Below, piece after piece: positions 29,317 to 43,600 of a DNA stretch of 64,000 bases (the first letter of the stretch is position 1; each line of letters opens with the position of its first letter). Under the pieces are notes generated by a model. The model was given only the letters and a program-made list of their open reading frames with translations. It made no database searches and was not told the DNA's origin. Position numbers and translations under genes: made by a program. The stretch lies in the NCBI GenBank assembly GCA_002104945.1, contig MCFH01000033.1:530715-594714 (forward strand), read 5' to 3'. The DNA is from Piromyces finnis finn. Lineage: Eukaryota; Fungi; Neocallimastigomycota.

Positions 29317-31951
29317 TTAATTTATTATACTATTACTTTCTAATTTACTACTTCTAACAACTGAAGAATCTATTGTTGATATTGTTTGTATATATTCATT
29401 TATATTTGTTGTTTTATGGTATTCAATGATTTTTTTAGTAAAATGACTTATGCTACTTTTTTTACTTTTGGAGTCATCTAATTGCATAGTTGAATTCCTA
29501 TTAGAAACTGAGCTATCATTAAACATTTTCAAACTATTTATGAGATCTTCTTCATTATTTTTTTGAGTATAATATAAAAATAATCTATATCCATATATTA
29601 AACCATAGTTTGACAAGGAAAACGTTATATAAATAATTTCATTTAATAAAAAGGAAACTGTATAATTTTTGATATTCAATGATTCTGTGATTATTAAAAA
29701 AACCGTATCTAGAAGATCTAAATAAATTACTCCACATAAAGTTCTTATTTCATAATGAATTTTCTTAATACTCCATTCAATAAATATAAGTAATAAAAAT
29801 ACTAAAAATATTAAAACTTTATACAAAATAAATAAAATATGAACGAATTTTCCAAATGTTTCGTTTAATGAACATATCTCGAAATTAACATCTCCATTAT
29901 TTATATTAAATACAAAATTAACTTCATATGGTTTTATGAATGAGAGTCCATCAAGAATTAATTCAATTAAAATAAAAGTGAATAAAAAGATATATCTATT
30001 ATTTTTAATCCATGTTGAATATTTATTTTCTTCAGGGAAACAAACAAGTAATTTATGTAGAATAGGTATTAAATTTAGTGTAATACCAAATGTAACCATA
30101 ATCCATTTAAATTGACATTTAAATTTCGATATATCACCATATTCTAGAAAACCAGCACCTAATATTAAGCATAATCCTAATATTGAAATGAACCAAAAAT
30201 CTTTTGATAAAAAGTTATAATAATTTTTAAATTTTTTAATATAAAGTAATACAAGTGATGAACTAAATATCATCATTAATCCTGATAAAATTCCAATGAA
30301 TAATAGAGCAAGAGAAGAATTATCATCTTCATCTAACGATATTTTATATATTTTTGAATAATCATTAATTTCATGAAGTACTTGAGATGCAGTTTTATTT
30401 CCATATAAATATTCAAAAGCATGCATTCTAAAAAATGCAGCATAAGCATCATAATCTTTATTTGGTCTATTAGTGTATTGAATGCTTTTAACTAATTCAC
30501 AGTTTGTTGCTTCACATACTTCTTTATCATTATATAAATCCATTATTCCTGATGACATACCATATGATATTATTAATTCTTTTTGAGTTTCTTTCGAGGT
30601 TAAAAATTCAATAAAAAGGGCAGCACCTATTTTTCTTTCATCACTTGAAAATAAATTAATACCAATATTTGAACCACCAACACAAGATCCAGATATTCCA
30701 GGTTTTCCACCTGGTAAACGATATTGTTTATATTTTTTTGTTTCCATAGTATTCCAATATTTTAAAAATATTGATCTTCCACTCATTAATTTTTCAATTG
30801 TGTATAGAACCATAGATTTAAATTCTGAGTCTATTTTTATTTGATTATAAAAATGTTATTATTTTTATATTACTATTATAAAATTTATTATTTTAATAAA
30901 TCTTACCGGAAGATATTCTTTCTTTTATTTCTTTAATTTTTTCTAAAGCTTTTATTGCATTTTCACTTAATAAATCTGGAAATGGATCATTTTTTTCATT
31001 TCTAAATGAATATATCATTTCATGCATTGAACTCATTCCCATAGATGCTATTTTAAATAAAAGTAATATTAATTATATTGTTTTTTTGTCAATATTAAAG
31101 AAACATATAATCTATATGAATGTATATTATGTTTATTTAATAATTACTATCAAATAGTCCATTGTATGCTGTAAGATCAGAGTCAGGATTTTTCTTTTTT
31201 TCTTCTTTAAGAATACGTTCAGATGTATCGATTAATTCATCCCAAGTTGTTGGAACTTTTTCATTATATTCATTTAAAATTTCTTCATTTGCATATAAAA
31301 CACTAAAATTTATCGAAGCAGGCTAACACAAATATAGATGTAATATGTGCATTTTATAATTTTAATTTTATTAATTATTATGCTAAATATATATATTTAA
31401 ATAAAGGAAATTAAAAAATATTTACCAATCCAACCCATTTATCACCATAGACACACGTTTCTGAAGCTATTCCTGAAGAATACATATCAATATGTTCTTT
31501 TGGTAATACTGTTCTTAAATCTACCAAATATGGTCCATATCTTACTGGATAAATATTATCATAAAAAATAATATCAAATTTTCCTTCCTTTTTTTTAAGC
31601 ATTGTTTCAACTGTTGTTCCATAATCGTTAATAAGTTGAGTAGCATTTGCCATTGTTAAAAGATTTAGTTTAACTTCAACATTTAATCCTTTTTCTTCAG
31701 ACAAGATGTTAAATTTTCTTATTGAATCTATGTATTCAAATTCATTGTTATAGGTAAAAGCAATAGCATTAACGATATTCTTGCATTCAACTTTTTAATT
31801 TCATTTTTAATGTATTTATATATTTATATATTAATATATAAATTTTAGTATTATATAAACATACATATTATTTCATAATAAAAATTATAAATACTTTACT
31901 TATTTTATATAAAAATAGTGTTAGAAATACTAATATATAAGACCATATCAT
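29317..31951 (-). CDS. SBP-GPCR copy B
   Basis: Same 5-exon layout as copy A. ATG 31951 (MIWSYILVFLTLFLYKI). Track ORFs 31411-31704 and 29317-30813 are exons 2 and 5. Confidence 0.85.
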
Positions 31952-32956
31952 TTTTATAATTCTTTATAATTTATCCTTCTATCTTTATGGGATAATCTTA
32001 TTTACCTTATATATTTTTAATTTTTTAGAAAATATAAAGTATAAAAAAGTTTATATCTACTTCATATAAAATTATATAAATCTTTGATATAAATTCTTTT
32101 TCAAAAATAAATTTTAAAATCTAAAATAGCTAAATTTGGATAATAATAATAAAATTTCTATGCAAAGTAAATATATATTATTATTTAATAAAGTAATATA
32201 ATATTATATTTAAATTTAGATGTGCTAATTAAAAAATTTTAAAAAAGAAAGATAATGAAAATTTTTTTTTATTTTTATATAGCTGTTAAATAAATTATTT
32301 TTTTTTTTTTATTTATGTTATAATTATTATGATTACAGTTATTATATTTAACAATAAAATGTTAATAGTTTTAGTGAATGGAAGAAACTTAATATGTCAA
32401 TTCAATTAATGAAAATTTATTTATAATTTATAATGATTATGTTTAGATGAATAATAGAGAATTTAAAATTTTAAATTTATCTTTTATTTAATAAATGATT
32501 AATACATCAATAATAATTAAATTTATAATTATTTAAATTCAAATTTTTATATGAATATTTTAATTATCCACCTTCATATTGATTATTGATTATATATATT
32601 ATTAAAATTACTAAATGTTAAGCACCAGGAAATTATTGAATATCATAAAAAAAAAAATTTAAATAACTATAATGAATATTGTATAAAAATAGATTCATAA
32701 TTAATAATTGTTGTATATTTTATTATTATTAGAACTATATTTTTTTATTACTAGAACTTAGGAAAATCAAATTTTTTAAAATTAAATTAAAAATATATTT
32801 AATAGTTCAATAATTTTTATTTTTTTATTTATTTATAATAACAATACATCATATATATAATTTATTCAGACTATTAATGAGTTAATATATTAATATTATT
32901 ATTGTTATTTGGTTTATATTATTTTAATATATTATATATACACTTAATTTATTATA

Positions 32957-35593
32957 TTAATTACTGCTTTCTAATCTACTGCTTCTAACAAATGAAGTAT
33001 CAGTTGTTGATATCGTTTGTGTAGTTCCATTTATATTTGTTTTCTTATGGTATTCTATGATTTTTTTGGTTAGATGGTTTACGCTACTTCTTTTACTTTT
33101 GGAGTCATCATCTAATTTCATAGTTGAATTTTTATTAGAAACTGAGCTATCATTATAAACTTTCATTTTAATGAAAAAATCATTATAATTGTTTTTTTTA
33201 GTAAAATGTAAAAATAATCTATATCCATAGATTAAAACATAGTTTGATATGGAAAACGTTATATAAATAATTTCATTTAATAAAAAGGAAACAATATAAT
33301 TATTGATGTTTAATGTTTCAGTGATTATTAAAAAAACTGAATCAAGAATATCTAAACAAATTGCTCCACATAAATTTCTAATTTCATAATGGATTTCTTT
33401 AATATTCCATTCAATGAATATAAGTAATAAAAATACTAAAAATATTAAAACTTTATACAAAATAAATAAAATATGAACAAATTTTCCAAATGTTTCGTTT
33501 AATGAACATATCTCGAAATTAACATCTCCATTATTTATATTAAATACAAAATTAACTTCATATGGTTTTATGAATGAGAGTCCATCAAGAATCAATTCAA
33601 TTAAAATAAAAATGAATAAAAAGATATATCTATTATTTTTAATCCATGTTGAATATTTATTTTCTTCTGGGAAATAAACAAATAATTTATGTAGAATAGG
33701 TATTAAATTTAGTGTAATACCAAATGTAACCATAATCCATTTAAATTGACATTTAAATTTCGATATATCACCATATTCTAGAAAACCAGCACCTAATATT
33801 AAGCATAATCCTAATATTGAAATGAACCAAAAATCTTTTGATAAAAAGTTATAGTATTTTTTAAATTTTTTAATATAAAGTAATACAAGTGATAAATCAA
33901 ATATCATCATTAATCCTGATAAAATTCCAATGAATAATAGAGCAAGAGAAGAATTATCATCTTCATCTAACGATATTTTATATATTTTTGAATAATCATT
34001 AATTTCATGAAGTACTTGAGATGCAGTTTTATTTCCATATAAATATTCAAAAACACGTTCTCTAAAAAATGCTGAATATTCATCATAATCTTTATTAACA
34101 TGTGTTGGTCTATTAATAAATTGAATATTCTTAACTAATTCACAATCCACAATTTTGCATACTTCTTCATCATCATATAGTTCCATTATTCCTGTTGCTA
34201 TATTAGACGATGTCATTAATTCTTTTTGAGTTTCTTTCGATGTTAAATATTCAATAAAAAGGGCAGCACCTTTTTTTTTTTCTTCACTTGAAAATAAATT
34301 AATACCAATATTTGAACCACCAACACAAGATCCAGATATTCCAGATTTTCCACCAGGTAAATAATGTTGTTTATATTTCATTGAGTATATATTATTCCAA
34401 TATTTTAAAAATATAGATCTTCCATTCATTAATTTATTAATTGTATAAGGAATAACAGACTGGAATTCTTCATCTATTTTATATTTTAAATATGTTATTA
34501 TTTTATAATTATTCATAATTTATTGTTTTAAGAAACCTTACCAGAAGATATTCTTTCTTTTATTTCTTTTATTTTTTCTAAAGCTTTTATTGCATTTTCA
34601 CTTAATAAATCTGGAAATGGATCATTTTTTTGATTTCTAAATGAATACATTATTTCGTATATAGAACACATTCCTGATGATACTTTTAAAGTTATAAAAT
34701 ATATAATTAATATTAAATATTAATAATATCATAATTTATTTATATATAATACTTACTATCAAATAATCCATTATATGCTGATAAATCAGAATTAGGATTT
34801 TTTTTTCTATCCTCTTTAAGAATATATTCAGCTGTATCGATTAATTCATTCCATGTTGTTGGAACTTCTTGATTATATTCTTTTAGTATTTCTTCATTTA
34901 CATATAAGACATTAAAGTCTACTTCAACAGGCTATTAATAATATAATATTTTAATATCCATTATATCCATTAATTTTAATAATATGTGATGTAAATTAAA
35001 TTAACTATATATAAATATATATATATATTATTATTTTATGTATCAAAAAAGAAAAACGAATATTTACCAATCCAACCCATTTATCATTATAGGTACATGT
35101 TTCAGAAGCTATTCCTGAAGAATACATATCAATATGTTCTTTTGGTAACACTGTTCTTAAATCTACTAAATATGGTCCAAATCTTATCGGGTATACATTA
35201 TCATAAAATATTACATCATATTTTCCTTCTTTCTTTTTAAGCATTGTTTCAATTGTCGTTCCATAATCGTTTATAAATTGAGTAGCATTTGCTAATGTTA
35301 AAAGATTTAATTTAACTTCAACATCTAAACCTTTTTCTTCAGCTTGACTATTAAACTTTTTTATTAAATCTGTATATTCAAAATCATTACTATATGTGAA
35401 TGCAATAATATTAACAATATTCTTACATTTAGCTTTTCAGTTTTATTATAGATATATATATTTAAACATATAGATATTAATATTTAATATGAATTTTATT
35501 ATATAGAAAAATGTACTATTTCATAAGTATTGTCTATTTACTTATTTTATATAAAAGTGTTGTTAAAAATATCAATATATATATATATTTCAT
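32957..35593 (-). CDS. SBP-GPCR copy C
   Basis: Same layout. ATG 35593 (MKYIYILIFLTTLLYKI); last exon within ORF 32957-34516. Confidence 0.85.
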
Positions 35594-36005
35594 TAATGAT
35601 TTTTTTTTCTTTTATTAGTATTACTTTAAAATTTAATAATTTCATATAGCTTTATTTTATTTTTTTATTTTTATATTTTAACTATTAAAAAAGAATTATA
35701 TACTTATTTTACTTTTAAATATATCAATATAATAACTTTAAAAAAATTTATCAAATAATATAAGATTTTAAAGATTTTAATATAAATAGAGTTAGCAATT
35801 TATATATAATAAAAAAATATATAATCGTAAAACCAATTCAAATAAATATTTATTATTTATAAATATTAGATTAATAAAAGGAATTAATTCAATATATTTA
35901 TATATTAATAAATTATATATATAAATGGGTGTTATATTCTAATAATACATTTATTTGGTTTCTTAGTTTATAAACTAATATATATTACATGTTAAATAAT
36001 TATTT

Positions 36006-38636
36006 TCAATTTGCCTTATTAAAACTATAGCTATCATATCTATTACTTTTAGCAAACTCTGAACTTGTTGATGTATATGAAACATCATTTAAACTTGTTT
36101 TTTGATGATATTCAATAATTCTTTTAGTAATTTTATTAGAAGCTTTAGAGTCTTTAGTATCTAATTGATTCGGATTTTTAATTTGAGTAGAATTCTCATA
36201 ATTTTTAATATTCATGAGTTTTTCATCTATACTTTTTTGAGTAAAATGTAAAAATAATCTATATCCATAGATTAAACAATAATTTGATAATGAAAACATT
36301 ATATAAGTAATTTCATTTAATAAAAAGGAAACAATATAATTATTGATGTTTAATGTTTCAGTGATTATTAAAAAAACTGAATCAAGAATATCTAAACAAA
36401 TTGCTCCACATAAATTTCTAATTTCATAATGGATTTCTTTAATATTCCATTCAATGAATATAAGTAATAAAAATACTAAAAATATTAAAACTTTATATAA
36501 AATAAATAAAATATGAACGAATTTTCCAAATGTTTCGTTTAATGAACATTTCTCGAAATTAACATCTCCATTATTTATATTGAATACAAAATTAACTTCA
36601 TATGGTTTTATGAATGAGAGTCCATCAAGAATTAATTCAATTAAAATAAAAATGAATAAAAAGATATATCTATTATTTTTAATCCATGTTGAATATTTAT
36701 TTTCTTCTGGGAAATAAACAAATAATTTATGTAGAATAGGTATTAAATTTAGTGTAATACCAAATGTAACCATAATCCATTTAAATTGACATTTAAATTT
36801 CGATATATCACCATATTCTAGAAAACCAGCACCTAATATTAAGCATAATCCTAATATTGAAATGAACCAAAAATCTTTTGATAAAAAGTTATAGTATTTT
36901 TTAAATTTTTTAATATAAAGTAATACAAGTGATGAACTAAATATCATCATTAATCCTGATAAAATTCCAATGAATAATAGAGCAAGAGAAGAATTATCAT
37001 CTTCATTTAACGATATTTTATATATTTTTGAATAATCATTAATTTCATGAAGTACTTGAGATGCAGTTTTATTTCCATATATGAATTTTAAAGCATGTTC
37101 TGTAAAAAATGCAGCATAAGCATCATAATCTTTTTTTGGTTTAGTAATGTATTGAATATTTTTATATACTTTACAATTTACAACTTCACAAACTTCTTTA
37201 TCATTGTATAAATCCATTATTCCTGATGATATATCATATAATATTTGTGATTCTTTTTGAGTTTCTTTTGATGTTATGAATTTAATAAAAACAGCAGCAT
37301 CAGCAATATTTTTTTCACTTGAGAATGAATTAATACCGATATTTGAACCACCAACACAAGATCCAGATATTCCAGATTTTCCACCAGGTAAACGATATCG
37401 AGTATATTTTGTTGTTTTTATAGTATCCCAATATTTTAAAAATATTGATCTTCCACTTGAAAATTTTGCCATTGTATAAGGAATAACAGATTGGAATTCT
37501 TCATCTATATTTCATTTTATTCGTATTAATGCTATGCTATTATTTTTATATCATTATTACTATAAAATTTTTAATTTTAATATAATTTACCAGAAGATAT
37601 TCTTTCTTTTATTTCTTTTATTTTTTCTAAAGCTTTTATTGCATTTTCACTTAATAAATCTGGAAATGGATCATTTTTTTCATTTCTAAAAGAGTATATT
37701 ATTTCATAAATTGAGCTCATTCCCATAGATTCTATTTTAATTTCAAAATAAACATTATTTACATAAATAATATTAAAGCATATACATATTATTTATAACT
37801 AATAATTACTATCAATTAATCCATTATATGCTGTTAAATCAGAATTAGGATTTTTTTTTTTTTCTTCTTTAAGAATATATTCAGATGTTTTGATTAAATC
37901 ATCCCAAGTTTCGGGAACTTCTTGATTATATTCATTTAAAATTTCTTCATTTACATATAAGGCATTAAAGTCTACTTCAACAGGCTATTAATAATATAAT
38001 ATTTTAATATTCATTACATCCATTAATTTTAGTAATATGTGATGTAAATTAAATTAAATATATATAAATACATATTTTTTATTATTCTATATATCAAAAA
38101 AGAAAAACGAAAATTTACCAATCCAACCCATTTATCATTATAGGTACATGTTTCAGAAGCTATTCCTGAAGAATACATATCAATATGTTCTTTTGGTAAC
38201 ACTGTTCTTAAATCTACTAAGTATGGTCCATATCTTACTGGATAAACATTATCATAAAAGATAATATCGTATTTTCCATTTTTTTTTTTAAGCATTGTTT
38301 CAATTGTCGTTCCATAATCGTTTATAAGTTGGGTAGCATTTGCTAATGTTAAAAGATTTAATTTAACTTCAACATCTAATCCTTTTTCTTCAGACAAACT
38401 ATTAAATTTATCTATCATAGGTGCATATTTAAAATCAGTACTATAAGAGAATGCAATAGCATTAATGACATTTTTGCATTCAACTATTTAATTTCGAATA
38501 TATATTATATATTTATAAATTTTTGTATAAAAATTTCAGTATATATTATTATAAAACAAATAATATTATATATTAAATTTTTACTGATTTTATATATAAG
38601 TGTTGTTATAAATATTAGTATAAATGTATATTTCAT
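36006..38636 (-). CDS. SBP-GPCR copy D
   Basis: Same layout. ATG 38636 (MKYTFILIFITTLIYKI); last exon within ORF 36006-37472. Confidence 0.85.
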
Positions 38637-39041
38637 TTTTAAATTTCATTAAAGAATTCTTTATAAGTTTCTCTTTCAATTTTTATAAAAAATTGATATT
38701 TTTTTTAAAATTAGAATTTAGAATTTCTATATTTTTACAATTCTGATAATTCTATTTTTATTAATACTTAAAGTTTTATTCTTTATTTAGAATGTATATA
38801 TTATACATTTTATATTAATGAGTTATTATATAATGAATATAAATATAGTTAATATATACTTTTTATTATATAATTTAATTTTTTAAATGATGAAATAAAT
38901 TTGAATGAATTATAATATAATGTTGAAATGAAAAATAAAAGAAATTCATCCAGAAAAAGATAATAATATAGAATATAATTTATTAAATTATAAAATATAC
39001 CTTTATATATATTATAATTTATATTTTACTTTAAAAGGATA

Positions 39042-39673
39042 TGATAAATAATAATTATAAATATATTATAAATTTGATATTTGTAGAACGTTTTATTATA
39101 AAAATAATTATTAAATAATTTTATATAGTTTAGCATAAAAATATAATTTACATAAAATCAAATATTTTATAAATTTATATATTTGATTGGGTTAAATTAT
39201 AAAAATAATTTTTAATATAAAGAATAATAATAATTTTTAGTAGAAAATGGGAAGACTTAACATATTAATAAGAAGTTGAATTTTTAATAATAGTTAATAT
39301 AGTTAGTTAAATAATACATAATAATAATTAAAAGACAAAAATAAGTTTTTATATAATAAAAATTATTGTTAAAAAAGAGTATAAAAACAATAAATAAAAG
39401 AAAATATAAAAACGAAATTAAACTTGTCTAGTTTGTAATTATTGTGTTAATAATAAATAATATTTTATAGAATAAATCTGGTGTTATTATTCTATATAAA
39501 TATTATTAAATAATAAAACTATAAATATTATAAAATATTATAAAATAAATTAAAATAAATAATAAAACAAGTAGATATTGTTAAAGCTCGTACAATAGCT
39601 GTCGAGATAAAACAATATAAGGTAACGAATAAGTAGTTTAAAAAGTTGTAATATAACTACCAATCCGTTATCA
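39042..39673 (+). repeat. E1 5' LTR
   Basis: Same length as 45011-45642; no difference spotted by eye (constant offset 5969). Confidence 0.95.
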
Positions 39674-39675
39674 AG

Positions 39676-39685
39676 TGGTGGAGAA
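39676..39685 (+). promoter_or_regulatory. E1 primer-binding site, probably tRNA-Ala
   Basis: TGGTGGAGAA 2 nt after the LTR; complementary to a tRNA 3' end ...TTCTCCACCA. Confidence 0.75.
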
Positions 39686-39771
39686 CCTCAGTCGTCCCGT
39701 GGGATAGCCGAAAATATAAAATTCCTGTTTACTTATATATATAGCATATTTATTTAATTAAATTAATAAAT

Positions 39772-40641
39772 ATGTCCGAAGATAAGAATAACTTTGAAAG
39801 AGCCGCAAGTATGGCCAAAGAAATAAGCCCTCTCGGAAAGAAAACTACCAAGTTCTTTAGATGGAAGATGGAACTCGAAGATATCTTGGAGGACTTAAAC
39901 CTTTCTGAAAAAGAAAAAAAAAGAGTTGCTCTAATCGCTACTTCGGACAAAACTAAGGATCTTTGTAGCGATATTTATTATGAAGATAGATCCCTATCTT
40001 ATAATGAATTTATCAATAAAATATCTAACTTATTTGAGGATGATAAAACTTCCAATAAGAACCTCAATAAACTAGAAAAAATTAAAATAAACAAGAGTTC
40101 AGTTAGAGAATTCAATCGTTCCTTCAATGACCTCTTGAAAGAAATTAAAGAAAGGGATAAGCCTTCTGAAGAAAGACTTGTTTTCCTTTACATTAAAGCC
40201 TTTAATAGGAGAACTCCCATTATGAATTCTCTTATTAATAAACAACCAAAAACCTTAAAGGACGCTATGAGAATCGCCATCACAGCAGAAGAAACCATCT
40301 CAGCTTATGAAAGTGATGACGAAACCGACTATAACTATAAAAGAAACAAAAGCAATAGCTCCTTTAAGAAAAGAACTACTACCAACAATGAAAAATCGCC
40401 TTATAATAATAATAATAGTAATAATAACAGTAGTAGTAGTAATAACAATAAAAATCAAGGAGGTACAAAAGACGTTAAGGAATCCGATCTAGAGGCTCTG
40501 ACCAAGAGTTTTGCCCAGATGAAAATTCATGTCTGTCACCGCTGTAATCAGAGAGGACATGATGCTCGTTTTTGCCCTAATGAAATGTCAGATATGAATA
40601 AGTTTATTGCTACTCTCCTTTCCCAAAACCATTTAAATTAA
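39772..40641 (+). CDS. gag: E1 Gag with CCHC zinc knuckle
   Basis: 289-aa ORF after the PBS; CHRCNQRGHDARFC; ends QNHLN*. Confidence 0.9.
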   Translation: MSEDKNNFERAASMAKEISPLGKKTTKFFRWKMELEDILEDLNLSEKEKKRVALIATSDKTKDLCSDIYYEDRSLSYNEFINKISNLFEDDKTSNKNLNKLEKIKINKSSVREFNRSFNDLLKEIKERDKPSEERLVFLYIKAFNRRTPIMNSLINKQPKTLKDAMRIAITAEETISAYESDDETDYNYKRNKSNSSFKKRTTTNNEKSPYNNNNSNNNSSSSNNNKNQGGTKDVKESDLEALTKSFAQMKIHVCHRCNQRGHDARFCPNEMSDMNKFIATLLSQNHLN

Positions 40642-43600
40642 ATGGGGGAAGTTCTCAATCTTCCCCTTCTAACTCCAAAATTGATAATAACCAAACCCAC
40701 AATATCAATAACATAAACGAGCAAGTTTATGTTGATGAAACACGTGACTCACATAAAACAGAAAAATTTTCAAATTCTGAAGAAAAATTCTCTGACCCTT
40801 TGGTGGATGATCCAATCAAAGACATAGATAAGGATGATGTTACACAAAATCACGTGACAAATACAATCGATGATAAGGACATCGAAAACCTTATTTACGC
40901 ATTCAAGAGGAAAAGTTCTGAAGAAAGTGATGAAAGTGAAGATGAGGATCACGTGACTCAGTCGAAGAAAAAGAAACTTCGAGAAAACCCCTTGCCAATA
41001 CACACAAAGGCCACTCAGATGAAAGAACAGCAAGAAATTCAAAACGAGAAAAATTCAAATTTTCATACCACTACTTCCCGCATGGACATCCTAGACCCCT
41101 CGGTAATTGCAGACAAGAATATCTCTTCTGCCAAGAAGAAAAATAAAGAAGCCAGAAACAAAAGGAGAACTGGTCCGGATATCTCTAGTAATCAAGATGA
41201 TATAGAGGAAGAAGTTATTGGAAGTAAGAAGTCGCTGAAAGGAAACTATTACGACTTCTTACGTTCTATTATTATGCTTGGCAAAAATAAGGAGTATGAT
41301 GTATATGATGCTCTCAATAATACCAATGCTGGTATTACCTTTGCACAACTCTTTGCTGTTAGCCCTATCATTAGAAGACTTTGTGCGAAAGGCTTAAAAC
41401 TTGATCCTAATGACGTTAGAAAAATAAACGCCATTCAAAATTTGGATCTTGATGATGATGATATTAGTTCATTTATTAATATTATCAACGAAGGTGATGT
41501 CGATGGTGATGATAATAACAATAATGTTAACAATAGTGTCGACAACATTGATGTTAGTAATGAGATTAACGTCATTAATAAAGTCAATATCGCTTCTGTT
41601 ATAGGTTCTGTTGACAACAATATTGTAAGAGTGTTAGTGGATACAGGCTCTGATGTCAACGTGATTACTAAGTCCTTCTTTGATATTATATCAAAGAAAC
41701 ATAAAATTAAATACTTTAAAAGAACATTCTTCAAGCTAGCTAGCCAACAAGTCATCTCCACTAATCAAGCAGTAAGTCTCGTTCTTCGTTTTGATAAGCT
41801 TAAAATAAGTACTACCTTCTGGATCCTAGAAGACGAAGATTCCTGCTATGATATCATACTTGGGCGCCAGTCACAAAAGGATCATAGGCTATATATAGAT
41901 CCTGATGACGACGCTTTATATATGAAAACTGATGGATCCTCTATTATGGTTGCTCAACCATCAGATTCCATATCGCAAGGAAATAAATTATATCATATTA
42001 CTATTATGAATAATATTAATTCCTTAAAAGATATTTCTGATATTGATAATATTATCTCAAAGGATGAACAAATTCAACTTCATTCTTTAATAAAAAATTA
42101 TAGGGATGTTTTAATCGATTCCATTGATGATGTTTCAGTTGCTGATGCTGAACCTCATTCTATTGAATTAACATCCACCAAACCCATTAAACTGAGACCT
42201 TATAAGATATCTCTTGCTCAATCCCAAGCATTAAAAGAAGAGATTTCGAAACTATTGAAACACGGTCTCATTGAACCTTCCCATTCACCATGGTCATTCC
42301 CTGTTGTTATGGTGAAAAAGAAAAATGGTAAATGGCGTATGTGTGTCGATTATAGAAAATTAAATCAAATTACTATTAAAGACGCGTATGCTCTACCATT
42401 TATTGATGAACTACTAGAATCTGTTCATGGCGCAAAATATTTCTCTGCTATTGACCTTTTTTCTGGTTTTCATCAAATTCCAATGAATAGCAAAGATATC
42501 GAAAAGACAGCATTCACTACTAAGTTTGGTAATTTTAACTTTAAGGTTATGCCATTCGGGTTAACTAATGCACCCGCATCCTTCCAACGTGAAATGAACC
42601 GTATTCTTATGCCTCTTATCGGTACTTGTCTATTTGTTTACATGGATGATATTTTAGTTTATTCTCCTAACTTTAAACAACATTTAAAGGACCTTGAAAA
42701 ACTTTTTATTATCCTAAGAGAACATAAATTCTCTATTAATATTGATAAGTGTTCTTTTTGCAAAAACTCCGTCGAAGTTCTTGGTCACGTACTTACTGCA
42801 GATGGTATTAAACCTATGCCTTCTAAAGTTCTTGCTATAGCTTCTTGGAACACTCCTAAAAACGTCACTCAACTTAGGTCTTTCCTTGGCTTAGTTAGCT
42901 ACTATAGAAAATTTATTCCTAACTTTGCTGCTATTTCAAGTTGTTTATATAAACTAACAAGTCCTAAAGCTAGTTTTATTTGGTTAGATATCCATTCTGA
43001 TGCCTTTTATACACTTCGTTCTTTTATTTGTTCTTCTAGTATTTTAAAATATCCCGACCCTAATAAACAGTTCATTATTCGTACTGACGCATCTTCTTAT
43101 GCTGTTGGTGCTGTTCTTCTTCAGCTTTCTGACTCTTATGATATTGAATTTCCTATTTATTGTGTTAGTAGATGTCTTAAAGATGCTGAAACGCGTTATT
43201 CTGTTACTGAAAAAGAAGGTATTGCTATTTTATTCGCTTTGAATAAATTCCGCTCCTATATTGCAGCTTCTCCTTTTGTTGTTAAAGTGTACACTGACCA
43301 TAAGCCACTTGTAGGCTTCTTTAATTCAAGTATTCCTTCTAATGATAGACATATTAGATGGATAGCTAAGTTTAATGAATTTAGAGTTGACATTATTTAT
43401 GAAAAAGGTAAAAATAATGTTTTTGCTGATGCTTTGTCTCGTATGCCCTCTTCGCAAAATTTAAATATTAATTCTATTCATTCTATTTTAGAAGACAAAG
43501 AAGATAACATTTCCACCTTTGCTCCACCCAAAATTATTGAATATGTTAAGAAGAACTATTCATTTTTAAATGGTACCCTTGTTTACCGCTCTAAATCTGG

